The notes: generated by a model not told the origin, from the sequence alone. DNA of 32,000 bases from Wigglesworthia glossinidia endosymbiont of Glossina brevipalpis (GCA_000008885.1 BA000021.3:270001-302000); one strand, 5' to 3'. Shown: positions 11,667-23,173, counted from the first letter of the stretch. Numbers and translations are program-made.

Positions 11667-12878
11667 ATGAAAAAATATTTAGTTGGTGGAGCAGTAAGAG
11701 ACGGTTTATTAAACATGCCAATAAAAGAAAAAGACTGGGTGGTAGTTGAATCAACTCCAGAAGAAATGATTAAATTAGGATATAAACCTGTAGGTAAATC
11801 TTTTCCTGTATTTTTACATCCTAAAAGCCATGAAGAACATGCTCTAGCTAGAACAGAACGTAAAAATGGATATGGTTATAAAGGATTTAAATTATATACT
11901 TCTTCTAAAATTACTCTTGAAGAAGATTTAAAAAGAAGAGATCTTACTATCAATGCTATAGCAAAAGATAAAAATGGAAATTTGATAGATCCATATGGAG
12001 GGATAAAAGATTTATATGAAAAAAAATTAAAACATATTTCAAATTCTTTTAAAGAAGATCCATTAAGAGTTCTTAGAACAGCTAGATTTGCAGCATATTT
12101 GTTTCATTTAAATTTTTTTATTGATTCAAAAACTTTAAAAATAATGTCTGAAATGATTGATGAATTATTTTTTATTCCAGTAGAAAGGATATGGCTAGAG
12201 ACAAAGAAAGCTCTTCTTTGCAGGAATCCACATGTTTATTTTAAAGTTCTTTTAAAATGCGGTGCATTAAAAAAAATATTTCCTGAAATTGAAAATTTAT
12301 TTCACATAAAATCTTTTTATAATAAAAATATAAATTTAGGATCTCTTACTTTGAGAGCTCTTTATGAATCATCATTAATTTCAAATGAAATAAAAATAAG
12401 ATTTTCAATGTTATGTCATAATTTTGATAAATTTAACAGCAATAATAAAAAAAATTCCTTTTATTGCAATAAAATAAACGGAAACTTAATTTTAAATAAA
12501 ATTTGTAAACGTTTAAAATTATCAAATGAAATAAAAAAGTTATCAAAAATAGCTTTGGATCACCATGATACTTTATATAAAATTTTTTTTATCAGTGCAA
12601 AAATGGTAATAAAATTTTTAAATGATATTAATGCTTGGAAAAATCCAAAAATAATAGATGATTTAATAATAATAAGTAAATCTTATGGAATTAGCATTGG
12701 ATATAAAAAAAAATCAATGCATAAACAAGAAAAATTTATAAAAAATTTATACAAAAAATTAAATTCAATAAAAACAAAAGATATAATAAAAGATGGATTT
12801 ATAGGGATAAACATAAAAAAAGAACTTATGAAAAGAAGAGAAAATATTATTTATAATGATTTTATTATATACAAATAA
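11667..12878 (+). CDS. cca: CCA-adding tRNA nucleotidyltransferase
   Basis: [38 protein letters not shown]-type motif. Confidence 0.96.
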
Positions 12879-12947
12879 AATATGTTTATTTGATATTTAA
12901 AAAAATTATATTAATATAGTACTATTTAAATTTATAAATATAAAAAA

Positions 12948-13166
12948 ATGACAAAAGAAGAAAATATAGAAATGCAAGGAATAGTCCTTGATACACTTCC
13001 AAATACTATGTTTAAAGTAGAATTAGAGAATAAACATGTTGTTTTAGCTCATATATCAGGAAAAATGAGAAAAAATTATATAAGAATATTAACTGGTGAT
13101 AAAGTTACGGTTGAATTAACTCCTTATGATTTAAGCAAAGGAAGAATAATTTTTAGAAGTCGTTAA
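12948..13166 (+). CDS. infA: translation initiation factor IF-1
   Basis: 72 aa, [55 protein letters not shown]. Confidence 0.97.
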   Translation: MTKEENIEMQGIVLDTLPNTMFKVELENKHVVLAHISGKMRKNYIRILTGDKVTVELTPYDLSKGRIIFRSR

Positions 13167-13218
13167 TTGTTAAATTAATAAAATGGTTTATTTTTAAATC
13201 TATTAATAAAAAAATAAA

Positions 13219-14144
13219 ATGAAATTAAATATTTTAAAAATAGCTACTAGGACTAGTCCTTTGGCAATGTGGCAAGCAAATTATGTAAAAAAAAACTTTT
13301 ACACTATCATCCAAAGCTAAATATTAAACTTGTACCTATTTTAACTACAGGAGATTTAATAAACAAAATAAGAAATAATATAACAAATGAAAAAGGATTA
13401 TTTATAAAAGAACTAGAAAAATCTTTATTAAAATATCAATCAGATATTGCAGTCCATTCTATGAAAGATTTTTCATCTTCTTTTTTAGATAGTTTAGGGT
13501 TAGCAGCAATTTGCAAAAGAGATGATCCAAGAGATGCAATAGTAAGTAATTATTATAACAATATTATATCTCTTCCTAATAATGCTAAAGTTGGTACTTC
13601 TAGTTTGCGTCGTAAATGTCAGCTGCTATCTATACGTCCTGATTTAAAAATATTTCCTTGTAAAGGAAATATACACAGTAGATTAAAAAAACTTAACCAA
13701 GGAGTTTTTGACGCTTTGATATTAGCAACTGCTGCATTAAAAAGATTAAAAATTAACGAACAAATGTATACTCCTATAGATCCGTCATATTTGTTACCAG
13801 CCATGGGCCAGGGATCTATAGCCATTCAATGCAGATTATATGATAATAAAATAATTGATATTGTTAGAAATATAAACAACAAAAAAACTGCTTTATGTAT
13901 TAATTCTGAAAAAATTGTAGTATCTATGCTTGGCACAGGTTGCAGAGTTCCAATTGGTAGTTACGCAAAAATTGAAAATAAAAATACAATATGGATAAGA
14001 GCATTGGTTGGATCTATAGATGGATCTAATATAATTCGTAGCGAGGGAAAATCTTGCGTGTCTAATGCAGAAAAATTAAGCAAAAAACAAGTAAAAAATT
14101 TAATTAATCTTGGAGCAAAAAACATTCTTAAAAAATTCAAATGA
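13219..14144 (+). CDS. hemC: hydroxymethylbilane synthase (porphobilinogen deaminase), frame disrupted at A9 tract (13287-13295)
   Basis: Frame 0 from ATG 13219: MKLNILKIATRTSPLAMWQANYVK; one extra A continues as KKLLHYHPKLNIKLVPILTTGD...AVHSMKD...VGTSSLRRKCQL...GTGCRVPIGSYA. Confidence 0.93.
13287..13295 (+). other. poly-A tract (A9), frameshift/slippage site in hemC
   Basis: GT-A9-CTTTTACAC; frame 0 reads NFYTIIQS* and stops shortly after, +1 A restores the conserved frame. Confidence 0.85.
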
Positions 14145-14878
14145 CAATATTAATTACAAGGCCTTATCCACATGGACAACATCTTATAAACATGATTAGA
14201 AAAAATGGCAAAGAAGCTTGGTATTTGCCTTTAATTTATTTTACATCTGGAATAGGTTTATTATCCCTTACTAACTTTTTTAAAAAATTACAGGAAAAAG
14301 ATATTATATGTTCACTTTCTCCAAGGGCAACTAAATACGCTAATTATCAAATTTTATTAGAAAAATGCAATTGGCCTAAAAAAATAAATTACTATGCTAT
14401 AGGAAAAACTAGTGCATTTTATTTAAGTAAATACAGTAAATGCAAAGTTATTTATCCTAAATTAACAGAAAATAGTGAAAATTTATTAGATTTAATATCA
14501 AAAGAGGATGTTAAAAAAAAAATATTAATTTTGAAAGGAAATAATGGACGTAAATTTTTAGAAAATAAATTAAAGTTATATGGAGCTTATATAATAAATG
14601 TTGAATGTTACAAAAGAAATTTCATTAAATACAATAAATATGATTATTTGAAAAAAATTATAAATTTAAAAATTAATACTTTAGTTGTAACTAGCTCAGA
14701 AATTTTACATCAATTGCATAATAATATTCCTTTAAATTATATAAATTTTTTTTTAATTAATTTTAAGTTAGTCGTAGTTAGCAAAAGAATAAGTGATATA
14801 GCAGATAATTTAGGATGGAAAAATATAATAGTTTCCAAATCTTCTAAAAACAAAGATATAATTCAATCTTTATTATAA
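14141..14878 (+). CDS. hemD: uroporphyrinogen-III synthase
   Basis: ITRPYPHG N-terminus, position directly after hemC with ATGA overlap, expected length; sequence is divergent. Confidence 0.85.
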   Translation: MTILITRPYPHGQHLINMIRKNGKEAWYLPLIYFTSGIGLLSLTNFFKKLQEKDIICSLSPRATKYANYQILLEKCNWPKKINYYAIGKTSAFYLSKYSKCKVIYPKLTENSENLLDLISKEDVKKKILILKGNNGRKFLENKLKLYGAYIINVECYKRNFIKYNKYDYLKKIINLKINTLVVTSSEILHQLHNNIPLNYINFFLINFKLVVVSKRISDIADNLGWKNIIVSKSSKNKDIIQSLL

Positions 14879-14914
14879 AAATATTTAATAATTAAAATGT
14901 TATGTAAGATAAAT

Positions 14915-14988
<74 letters not shown>

Positions 14989-15142
14989 ATATAAGCATTA
15001 TACTAAAAAAAAAACATTAAATCTATATAGATTATTTTTTTGTTAAAATCTTTATAAAAATATTATTTTGCACAACTTGTTGATAATTTATAAATTTAAT
15101 GATTAAGTATTTATTATATATTATAAAAATCATTATTATTAT

Positions 15143-15994
15143 ATGATCGCAAAAGTAATTAATGGTAAAAACATTGCTAAAAAAATTATTAGTAAAATTA
15201 ATTTGAAAATAAAAAAATATTCTAAACTAGGAATGAGACCAGCATCATTGGCAATGATTAATGTAGGAAATAATCCAGCTTCTAAAATTTATATATCTAA
15301 TAAAGAAAAGATATGCAAAAAAATAGGACTAATATCTTATTTATACAATTTTTCGAAAAATATATCAGAAATAGATTTAATTAATTTGATAATAAAGCTT
15401 AATAAGAATAATTTAATTGATGGTATTTTAGTACAACTTCCTTTGCCCAAAGAAATAAATAAATTAAATGTATTAGAAAAAATAATTCCAAAAAAAGATG
15501 TAGATGGATTTCATCCATATAATATAGGAAGATTATGCCAGAGAAAACCTACTATAGTACCATGTACCCCTAAAGGAATAATAAGATTATTAAAGTATTA
15601 TAAAATAAATCTTTTAGGATTAAACGCAGTTGTTGTTGGTGCATCTAATATAGTTGGTCGTCCTATGAGTTTGGAATTATTGCTAGAAGGATGTACGGTC
15701 ACAATAACTCATAGATTTACTATTAATTTAAAAAAATATATTGAAAATGCTGAACTTCTTATTGTTGCAATAGGAAAAGCGGAATTCATTCCTGGTTCTT
15801 GGATTAAACCAGGCGCAATAGTTATTGACGTAGGGATTAACAGATTAAAAAGTGGAAAAATAGTAGGAGATGTTAATTATGAGGATGCCATAGAAAAAGC
15901 TTCTTACATTACTCCTGTTCCTGGAGGTATAGGTCCAATGACTATTGCCATGTTGATAGAAAACACTATGCAAATCTATATAAATAATTATTGA
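15143..15994 (+). CDS. folD: methylenetetrahydrofolate dehydrogenase/cyclohydrolase
   Basis: [59 protein letters not shown]. Confidence 0.97.
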   Translation: MIAKVINGKNIAKKIISKINLKIKKYSKLGMRPASLAMINVGNNPASKIYISNKEKICKKIGLISYLYNFSKNISEIDLINLIIKLNKNNLIDGILVQLPLPKEINKLNVLEKIIPKKDVDGFHPYNIGRLCQRKPTIVPCTPKGIIRLLKYYKINLLGLNAVVVGASNIVGRPMSLELLLEGCTVTITHRFTINLKKYIENAELLIVAIGKAEFIPGSWIKPGAIVIDVGINRLKSGKIVGDVNYEDAIEKASYITPVPGGIGPMTIAMLIENTMQIYINNY

Positions 15995-16017
15995 TTATTA
16001 ATGAAAATAATAAAATT

Positions 16018-17409
16018 TTACAATTTAAACCATTTAGTTCCTTGTATTGTATCTTCTAGGCAAACTCCGATATATTTTAGTTTTTTTCTTTCTTCGTCTG
16101 CTTTTTCCCATTGTTTTAATTTTCTATAATTTTCTCTCTTTTTTATTATAGATTTTATTTTATTTATTTTATCTTTTGAAAATTTTAATTTATTGTTTAA
16201 ATAAGAATCTGGATTTTCATTCAAAATTCCAATTATATTAGATAAATTTTTTAAAACAGTGGATAACTGATTAGCTTTTTCTGGATTTTTATTTTTAAAA
16301 TAATTAATTTGTCTAGATATAGAAAATAATACAGAATATGCTTTTGGAGTGTTAAAGTCATCATTCATTGCATCTATAAATTTAGATGTAAATTTTTCTT
16401 TTATTGGTAAATTATAAAAATAATTTGTATTATGCAAAGATCTATAAAGTCTTTTTACAGCAGATTTAGATTTTTCCATGTTATCTACGCTATAAGTGAT
16501 TTGACTTCTATAATGAGAAGAAGTTAAAAAATATTTAAGAGTATCAGCATCATATTTTTTAACTATTTCTCTAATTAAGCAGGAATTTCCTAAAGATTTA
16601 GACATTTTTTCTTTTTTAAACATAACCATTCCAGTATGAACCCAAAAATTTACATTAAATTTTGAATTAGCGCATTTAGATTGAGCTATTTCATTTTCAT
16701 GATGAGGAAATATTAAATCAGACCCTCCTCCATGTATATCAAAAATATTGCCCAATGTTTTATCGCTAATAGCAGAACATTCTATGTGCCATCCAGGTCT
16801 ACCATGCCCCCATGGGGATTTCCAACTTGGCTCATTTGGTTTTGACATCTTCCATAAAACAAAGTCTTTTTCTTTTTTTGTTTTAAAATTAATTTTATTT
16901 TTTTTGTTGTTTAATAATTGTTTTTTTTCTTCAAATCTTTTTGATAATTTTCCATAATCTCTATATGTAGATATGTCAAAAACAACATCTCCAGTTTTTG
17001 AAATATATGCGTGTTTTTTTTCTAATAAAATCTTAATCATTTCTAATATGTCTGAAATATGATTCGTAACACGCGGTTCATTATTTGGAGGCATTATATT
17101 TAATGAATTTAAATCATATTTCATTTCTTTTATCATGAAGTCAGACAATAAATTATATTTTTCTTTTTTATGAAAAGCTTTATTAATAATTTTGTCATCA
17201 ATATCAGTAATATTTCTAATATAATTTGTTCTGTATCCTTTATATTGAAAATATTTTATCATTATATCAAAAAATACTAATGTTCTAGCATGACCAATAT
17301 GACATAAATCATATGGAGTTATTCCGCATACATAAACATTTACTATATTAGAATTTATAGGTTTGAATTTTTCTTTTTTATTTTTTAATGTATTAAAAAT
17401 TTTCATCAT
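16018..17409 (-). CDS. cysS: cysteinyl-tRNA synthetase
   Basis: YVCGITPYDLCHIGHART, GWHIECSAIS, GGSDLIFPHHENEIAQS, KMSKSLGN. Confidence 0.98.
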   Translation of the reverse strand: MMKIFNTLKNKKEKFKPINSNIVNVYVCGITPYDLCHIGHARTLVFFDIMIKYFQYKGYRTNYIRNITDIDDKIINKAFHKKEKYNLLSDFMIKEMKYDLNSLNIMPPNNEPRVTNHISDILEMIKILLEKKHAYISKTGDVVFDISTYRDYGKLSKRFEEKKQLLNNKKNKINFKTKKEKDFVLWKMSKPNEPSWKSPWGHGRPGWHIECSAISDKTLGNIFDIHGGGSDLIFPHHENEIAQSKCANSKFNVNFWVHTGMVMFKKEKMSKSLGNSCLIREIVKKYDADTLKYFLTSSHYRSQITYSVDNMEKSKSAVKRLYRSLHNTNYFYNLPIKEKFTSKFIDAMNDDFNTPKAYSVLFSISRQINYFKNKNPEKANQLSTVLKNLSNIIGILNENPDSYLNNKLKFSKDKINKIKSIIKKRENYRKLKQWEKADEERKKLKYIGVCLEDTIQGTKWFKL

Positions 17410-17551
17410 CTTGTTTATTTTTAAAATAAATATAGATATTTTCTAAATAAGTTATTATTATTACTTAAATTGATAATTATAACAAATTATTGATACATTT
17501 TAAAAAATTTTTAAATATGTATTTATATATTAAAATTTAATTTTTATAAAA

Positions 17552-18298
17552 ATGAGCACATTATTTGTTTCAGATGTTCATCTATCTGAAAAAAATCCTA
17601 AATTAACAGATTTATTTTTTTATTTTTTAAAAAATAAAGCAATTCTATCACGCTCTTTATATATTTTAGGAGATTTATTCGAAACATGGGTGGGAGATGA
17701 TAATATTACATATATTTCAAAAGAACTAGCAAATATAACAAATTATTTAGCAGATAATGGAACATCTTGTTATTTTATCAAAGGAAATAGAGATTTTTTA
17801 ATAGGAAAATCTTATTTTAAATCATCTAAAATTACTTTGCTGCCGTATAAAAAAATTATAAACATAAATAAGCAATCTATTATTATTTTACATGGAGATA
17901 CGCTTTGCTTGAATGACAAAAATTATCAAAAATTTAAAAAATTAGTCAATCAAGATTGGTTGCAAAAATTCTTTTTAAAGCTACCTTTATGTGCTCGAAT
18001 CAAAATAAGTAATTTAATTATAAACAAAAGAAAAAAATTAAATTTAAAAAGAATGAACTATTTAACAAAAATAAATAAAGAATATATAAAAAAAATAATG
18101 GAACAAACAAATACTAATATAATGATTCATGGACATATTCACATGCCAAAAGTACACGTTTTACCAAATAGAAAATATAGAATTGTTTTAGGAATGTGGA
18201 ATAAATCAGGTTCTATATTAGAAATAAATAAAAAATTATCATTAATTAAATTTTCTAAATTATACTGTTCTTATACTTCGTATCCATTAAAATATTAA
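17552..18298 (+). CDS. lpxH: UDP-2,3-diacylglucosamine diphosphatase
   Basis: FVSDVHLSE, LGDLFETWVGDD, GNRDFLIG, HGHIHMPKVH metallophosphoesterase motifs. Confidence 0.95.
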   Translation: MSTLFVSDVHLSEKNPKLTDLFFYFLKNKAILSRSLYILGDLFETWVGDDNITYISKELANITNYLADNGTSCYFIKGNRDFLIGKSYFKSSKITLLPYKKIININKQSIIILHGDTLCLNDKNYQKFKKLVNQDWLQKFFLKLPLCARIKISNLIINKRKKLNLKRMNYLTKINKEYIKKIMEQTNTNIMIHGHIHMPKVHVLPNRKYRIVLGMWNKSGSILEINKKLSLIKFSKLYCSYTSYPLKY

Positions 18299-18354
18299 CT
18301 TTTAAAAAGTTTTATTAATTTAAAATATTATTTGTTTTATTAAATTTCAAAAAC

Positions 18355-18849
18355 ATGAATAAAAACAATAAAGTAGCAATTATTATGGGCTCTAAAAGCG
18401 ATTGGAATACATTGAAACATGCATCTAATGCTCTAAAAGATTTAAAAATTAAATTTACTACACATATTATTTCTGCTCATAGGACTCCAGATAAATTATT
18501 TGAATTTGCTGAACAAGCTAAAAAAAATGGTTACTGTGTGATTATTGCTGGAGCTGGTGGAGCAGCTCATTTACCAGGAATGTTAGCATCTAAAACATTA
18601 ATACCAGTTTTAGGAGTTCCTGTAGAAAATAGTCCTTTGAATGGATTAGATAGTTTATATTCTATAGTACAAATGCCATCTGAAGTTCCAGTAGGAACTT
18701 TAGCTATTGGAAAATCTGGTGCTATTAATTCCGCTATACTAGCTTCTCAAATTTTATCATTAAATGATTACGAATTATATATTAGATTAAAATTGAGAAG
18801 AAAAGAAAAAGAAAATCAAATATTAAATTATGAGAACTCAATTTTATAA
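18355..18849 (+). CDS. purE: N5-carboxyaminoimidazole ribonucleotide mutase
   Basis: IIMGSKSDWNTLKHA, SAHRTPDKL, AGAGGAAHLPGMLAS. Confidence 0.97.
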   Translation: MNKNNKVAIIMGSKSDWNTLKHASNALKDLKIKFTTHIISAHRTPDKLFEFAEQAKKNGYCVIIAGAGGAAHLPGMLASKTLIPVLGVPVENSPLNGLDSLYSIVQMPSEVPVGTLAIGKSGAINSAILASQILSLNDYELYIRLKLRRKEKENQILNYENSIL

Positions 18850-19930
18850 AAAAATAGTTTATGTGATTGGAAATGGACAATTATCAAAAATGTTATTTCA
18901 AGCCGGATATTTTTTGGGAATTAAGATTATTTCTATAAGCGAAAAAGATAAATTAAAAAACTTTAATTATATAAGTAATAATAACATAATTACAGCTGAA
19001 ATTGAAAACTGGAAAGAAACAAAATTAATTAATTATTTGCATAAAAATAATAAATTTATTAATTATAATATATTAATATCATTAAGAGATAGATTAAATC
19101 AAAAAAAATTATTCGATAAATTAAAACTACCTACAGCTACATGGAAATTATTAAAATCACCATTAAATTGGAAAAAAACTTTTGAAAAATTGGGTGATAC
19201 TATAATAATGAAATCTAGAATCGGAGGGTATGACGGTAAAAATCAATATATAATAAACAAAGATAAAGAAATTGAACTTGATAATAATTATTACAATAAT
19301 TTTATTTTAGAAAAAAAAATCAAATTCGCAGAAGAATTATCAATAATTGGAGCTAGAAATAATAAAGGAAGAAAAGTATTTTATCCAATTACATTTAATT
19401 TACATGATTCTGGGATATTAAGATGTAGTATTCCATACATTCATAAAAGGCATAATTTGCAAAAACAAGCTGAACAAATGTTGGGATCTTTAATGAAATT
19501 TACAAATTATATTGGAGTTATGGCAATGGAGTTTTTTTTATTTGAAAATAATTTAATAGTAAATGAAATCGCTCCCAGGGTTCATAATAGCGGTCATTGG
19601 ACGCAAAATGGATCTTCAATAAGTCAATTTGAACTTCATTTAAGATCAATATTAAATCTTCCAATCCATACTCCAAAAATATATTTTTCTTCTATAATGA
19701 TAAATATCATTGGACATAAAATTGATATAATTTTCTTAAAAGATCCTTTGCTTCATATATATTGGTACAATAAAAAAGTAAAACATAATAGAAAAGTAGG
19801 GCATATAAATATTATTTCAGATAAATATAATAAAATTAAAAAAAGTTTATTAATTTTAAAAGAAAAGTTACCATTAGAATACAAAAAATATTTATTGTGG
19901 TTAATAAAAAAAATAAAAGAAATAAATTAA
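18830..19930 (+). CDS. purK: N5-carboxyaminoimidazole ribonucleotide synthase
   Basis: VIGNGQLSKMLFQAG, KSRIGGYDGKNQYI, EIAPRVHNSGHWTQ. Confidence 0.96.
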   Translation: MRTQFYKKIVYVIGNGQLSKMLFQAGYFLGIKIISISEKDKLKNFNYISNNNIITAEIENWKETKLINYLHKNNKFINYNILISLRDRLNQKKLFDKLKLPTATWKLLKSPLNWKKTFEKLGDTIIMKSRIGGYDGKNQYIINKDKEIELDNNYYNNFILEKKIKFAEELSIIGARNNKGRKVFYPITFNLHDSGILRCSIPYIHKRHNLQKQAEQMLGSLMKFTNYIGVMAMEFFLFENNLIVNEIAPRVHNSGHWTQNGSSISQFELHLRSILNLPIHTPKIYFSSIMINIIGHKIDIIFLKDPLLHIYWYNKKVKHNRKVGHINIISDKYNKIKKSLLILKEKLPLEYKKYLLWLIKKIKEIN

Positions 19931-19950
19931 AAATATAAATTTAATAAAAC

Positions 19951-19957
19951 AAAGGAG
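19951..19957 (+). promoter_or_regulatory. strong Shine-Dalgarno (AAAGGAG) for gshA, upstream of TTG start
   Basis: AAAGGAGATAAAATTG; GGAG is 6 nt before the TTG. Confidence 0.75.
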
Positions 19958-19963
19958 ATAAAA

Positions 19964-21481
19964 TTGATACCAAAAGTATCTAAAATAATACCTTGGATTA
20001 AAGATAACAAAAAATTTTTAAAAAAAACATACAAAGGAATAGAAAGAGAATCTCTGAGAATTGATATTGATGGCAATATTTCAAAAAAACCACATCCAAT
20101 AATTTTTGGATCTCCTCTTACTCATAATTGGATTACAACTGACTTTTCAGAATCTCTTTTAGAGCTTATCACTCCAGTAAGTAATAGTAAAAAATATACT
20201 ATAAATTTCTTAAATGATTTACATATTTTTATAATAAAAAATTTAATTAATGAAAATTTATGGCCAATGAGCATGCCATGTAAAATTAATAACGATTCTT
20301 CTATTATAATAGCGCAATATGGAAATTCAAAATTAGGAAGAACAAAAACAATATATCGTAATGGATTGAAAAATAGATATGGTGCTAAAATGCAAATAAT
20401 ATCAGGAGTACATTACAATTTTTCTTTTCATAAAGATTTTTGGAAAAAATATAATAATTTTTATAAAATACAAGACAAATTTTCATCCATAGGTTATTTT
20501 AATTTAATAAGAAATTATTATAGATTTGGATGGATTATTCCATATTTTTTTGGAGCTTCTCCAATAGCTCATTCTTCCTTTTTTAAAGGATTAAATACTG
20601 ATCTTATATTTAAGAAAAATAAATTTGGAGATATATATTTACCTTTCTCTACTTCTTTGAGATTAAGCGAAATAGGATATATTAATAAAGTTCAAAAAAA
20701 AATAAAATTAAAATTTAATAATATTGAAGAATATGTTGATATTGTTAAAAAAGCCATGAAAACACCATATTTAAATTATAAAAAAATTGAATTAAAAAAC
20801 AATGAAAAAAATCTGCAAATTAATGTAAATTTATTACAAAAAGAAAATGAACTATATTCTCATGTTAGACCAAAAAGATCATTAAATAAAAATAAATATA
20901 AATTAGAAGATTTGATTTACAAAGGAATTGAATACATAGAAATACGTTCTTTAGATGTAAATCCATTTTCTCCTATAGGTATAAAAATAAATCAAATATA
21001 TTTTTTAGATATTTTTCTTATTTGGTGTATATTAATAGAATCTCCAAAAATAAACGATGAAGAATTGAGATCTATTAATGAAAATTGGAATCGTGTTATT
21101 CTATATGGAAGAAATCCTAAAATAAAATTAATTAATTTTTTTAAAAAAAAAGAAAAAAAATTATCTGAAATTTTAAAGTTTATATTAAATGATCTACAAA
21201 TTCTCGTAGAGAGTTTAGCATTTAAAAAAAATAATAAAATTTATCAAAAAATCTTTTTTGATTTACATAAAATGACAGATAATCCAAACAAAACTTTATC
21301 TGGAAAATTATTAGAAGAAAGTATAGAATATGGTGTTGAAAGATTGGGATTAGATATGTCTAAATCTCATAAGATAAACATAGAAAATAAAAAATTAAAA
21401 GTAATTAATTATCAATCTTTGATTAAAGAAGCAGAAAAATCTATAAAAGAACAAATTGTTCTTGAAAAGAATGAAACATAA
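19964..21481 (+). CDS. gshA: glutamate-cysteine ligase, TTG start
   Basis: GIERESLRID, HPIIFGSPLTHNWITTDFSESLLELITP, EIRSLDVNPFSP. Confidence 0.96.
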   Translation: MIPKVSKIIPWIKDNKKFLKKTYKGIERESLRIDIDGNISKKPHPIIFGSPLTHNWITTDFSESLLELITPVSNSKKYTINFLNDLHIFIIKNLINENLWPMSMPCKINNDSSIIIAQYGNSKLGRTKTIYRNGLKNRYGAKMQIISGVHYNFSFHKDFWKKYNNFYKIQDKFSSIGYFNLIRNYYRFGWIIPYFFGASPIAHSSFFKGLNTDLIFKKNKFGDIYLPFSTSLRLSEIGYINKVQKKIKLKFNNIEEYVDIVKKAMKTPYLNYKKIELKNNEKNLQINVNLLQKENELYSHVRPKRSLNKNKYKLEDLIYKGIEYIEIRSLDVNPFSPIGIKINQIYFLDIFLIWCILIESPKINDEELRSINENWNRVILYGRNPKIKLINFFKKKEKKLSEILKFILNDLQILVESLAFKKNNKIYQKIFFDLHKMTDNPNKTLSGKLLEESIEYGVERLGLDMSKSHKINIENKKLKVINYQSLIKEAEKSIKEQIVLEKNET

Positions 21482-21534
21482 AAATTATTTTTATTAATTT
21501 TTAAAACTTAAACAATTTATAATTACACACTAAA

Positions 21535-22875
21535 ATGATTTTTGAAAATTTATCTAATAAATTATATAAAATTTTTTATAAAATTAAAGAGAAAGGTCGT
21601 TTAACATCTGAAAATATAAATGACACTTTGCGACAAGTGAGAATAGCTCTTTTAGAAGCAGACGTAGCTCTAGTTGTAGTTCAAAAATTTATTCAAGAAA
21701 TTAAAAAAATTTCATTAGATAAAAAAATAAATAATTATCTCACTCCAGGACAAGAATTTATCAAAATTGTACAAAAAGAATTAATAAAAATAATAGGTAG
21801 TAAAAATAATAATTTAAATTTTTGTTCTGGCAGATCTGTTATTTTTTTGATAGGATTGCAAGGAAGTGGAAAAACAACTACTACTGGAAAATTAGCAAAA
21901 TATTTAAAAGAAAAAAACAAAAAGAAAGTTTTAACTGTTTCATCGGATGTTTACAGACCAGCAGCTCAAAAGCAATTAGAATTAGTATCAAAATCTGCAA
22001 ATGTAGATTGCTTTCTATCGGAAAATTTATATAAAACTCCATATGAAATAGTTAAATCTGCAATGAATAAATCAAGTTTATATGATGTGTTGCTTATAGA
22101 CACAGCTGGATTTTCTCATACTAATAAAAAAATGATAAAAGAAATACAATTATTGCAAAGTATTTCATCTCCCTCAGAAACATTATTTATAGTAGATTCT
22201 ATGATGGGGCAAGATTCTATTAACAGTATTAAAACATTTAACGAAAAATTTTCTTTGACAGGGGTGATACTAACAAAATTAGACGGAGATTCAAGAGGAG
22301 GAATAGCTCTATCAATAAAATACATAACTGGAAAACCAATAAAATTTATTGGTACAGGAGAAAAAATAGATACATTAGAAATATTTTCTCCTGAAAAATT
22401 ATCTAAAAAAATATTAGGAATGGAAAATATTTTTTCTATAATAAATGATGTAGAAATTAAAATAAATAAATATAAAAAAGAAAAAATTAAATATAAAAAA
22501 AATAAAAAATTTGACTTGACAGATTTTTTATTACATTTAAATCAAGTTAAAAAAATAGGGGGAATAAATAAAATTGTAAATCAATTTTCTATTATGTCTA
22601 ATATTTCACCTAAAATAAATAACAAAATTTGTGTAAAAATGGAAGCAATAATAAATTCTATGACCGTTAAAGAGAGAATAAATCCAAATATTATAAAAAG
22701 ATCTAGAAAAAAAAGAATAGCACATGGATCTGGAACAACAGTACAAGATGTAAATAATTTATTGAAACAATTTAATGAAATGGATCGTTTATTTAAACAA
22801 ATAAAAAATAATGGTTTAATAAATACTATGAAAAAAATAAAAAATTTAATTCCATTCAAATTTAAAAAAAATTAA
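21535..22875 (+). CDS. ffh: signal recognition particle protein Ffh
   Basis: GLQGSGKTTTTGKLA, LLIDTAGFSH, TKLDGDSRGG, M-domain RIAHGSGTTVQDVNNLLKQF. Confidence 0.97.
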   Translation: MIFENLSNKLYKIFYKIKEKGRLTSENINDTLRQVRIALLEADVALVVVQKFIQEIKKISLDKKINNYLTPGQEFIKIVQKELIKIIGSKNNNLNFCSGRSVIFLIGLQGSGKTTTTGKLAKYLKEKNKKKVLTVSSDVYRPAAQKQLELVSKSANVDCFLSENLYKTPYEIVKSAMNKSSLYDVLLIDTAGFSHTNKKMIKEIQLLQSISSPSETLFIVDSMMGQDSINSIKTFNEKFSLTGVILTKLDGDSRGGIALSIKYITGKPIKFIGTGEKIDTLEIFSPEKLSKKILGMENIFSIINDVEIKINKYKKEKIKYKKNKKFDLTDFLLHLNQVKKIGGINKIVNQFSIMSNISPKINNKICVKMEAIINSMTVKERINPNIIKRSRKKRIAHGSGTTVQDVNNLLKQFNEMDRLFKQIKNNGLINTMKKIKNLIPFKFKKN

Positions 22876-22922
22876 TATTTAAAAGATTATTTTTTATCTA
22901 AAACTCTTATAAGAAGAAAAAT

Positions 22923-23165
22923 ATGGTTATTATTCGTTTATCTAGAAAAGGTTCCAAAAACAAACCATTCTACCAAATAGTAGCAAGTGATAATAGAAAA
23001 CCTAGAGATGGTAAATTTATTGAAAAATTAGGTTTTTTCAATCCTATATCTATAGAAAAATCTAAAAAAATTTTTATAAAAACAGATAGAATAAATTTGT
23101 GGATGTCTAAAGGAGCCAAATTATCTGATAGAGTAAAAAATTTATTGCATAAATATAAAAAGTAG
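22923..23165 (+). CDS. rpsP: 30S ribosomal protein S16
   Basis: MVIIRLSRKGSKNKPFYQIVASDNRKPRDGKFIEKLGFFNP. Confidence 0.97.
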   Translation: MVIIRLSRKGSKNKPFYQIVASDNRKPRDGKFIEKLGFFNPISIEKSKKIFIKTDRINLWMSKGAKLSDRVKNLLHKYKK

Positions 23166-23173
23166 TTATTTAT

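Noticed and set aside
13269-13295. GTG 13269 as the true hemC start
   Set aside because: It skips the conserved IATRTSPLA motif that is encoded in the adjacent frame from ATG 13219; a frameshift explains the data better.
18830-21481. Other A9 tracts within purK (near 19301) and gshA (near 21143) as further slippage lesions
   Set aside because: Both reading frames pass through these tracts intact; they are useful controls, and slippage there would lower rather than restore product.
21735-22859. Antisense and alternate-frame ORFs within ffh
   Set aside because: Overlap a full-length conserved ffh; composition is typical of antisense reading of AT-rich coding DNA.
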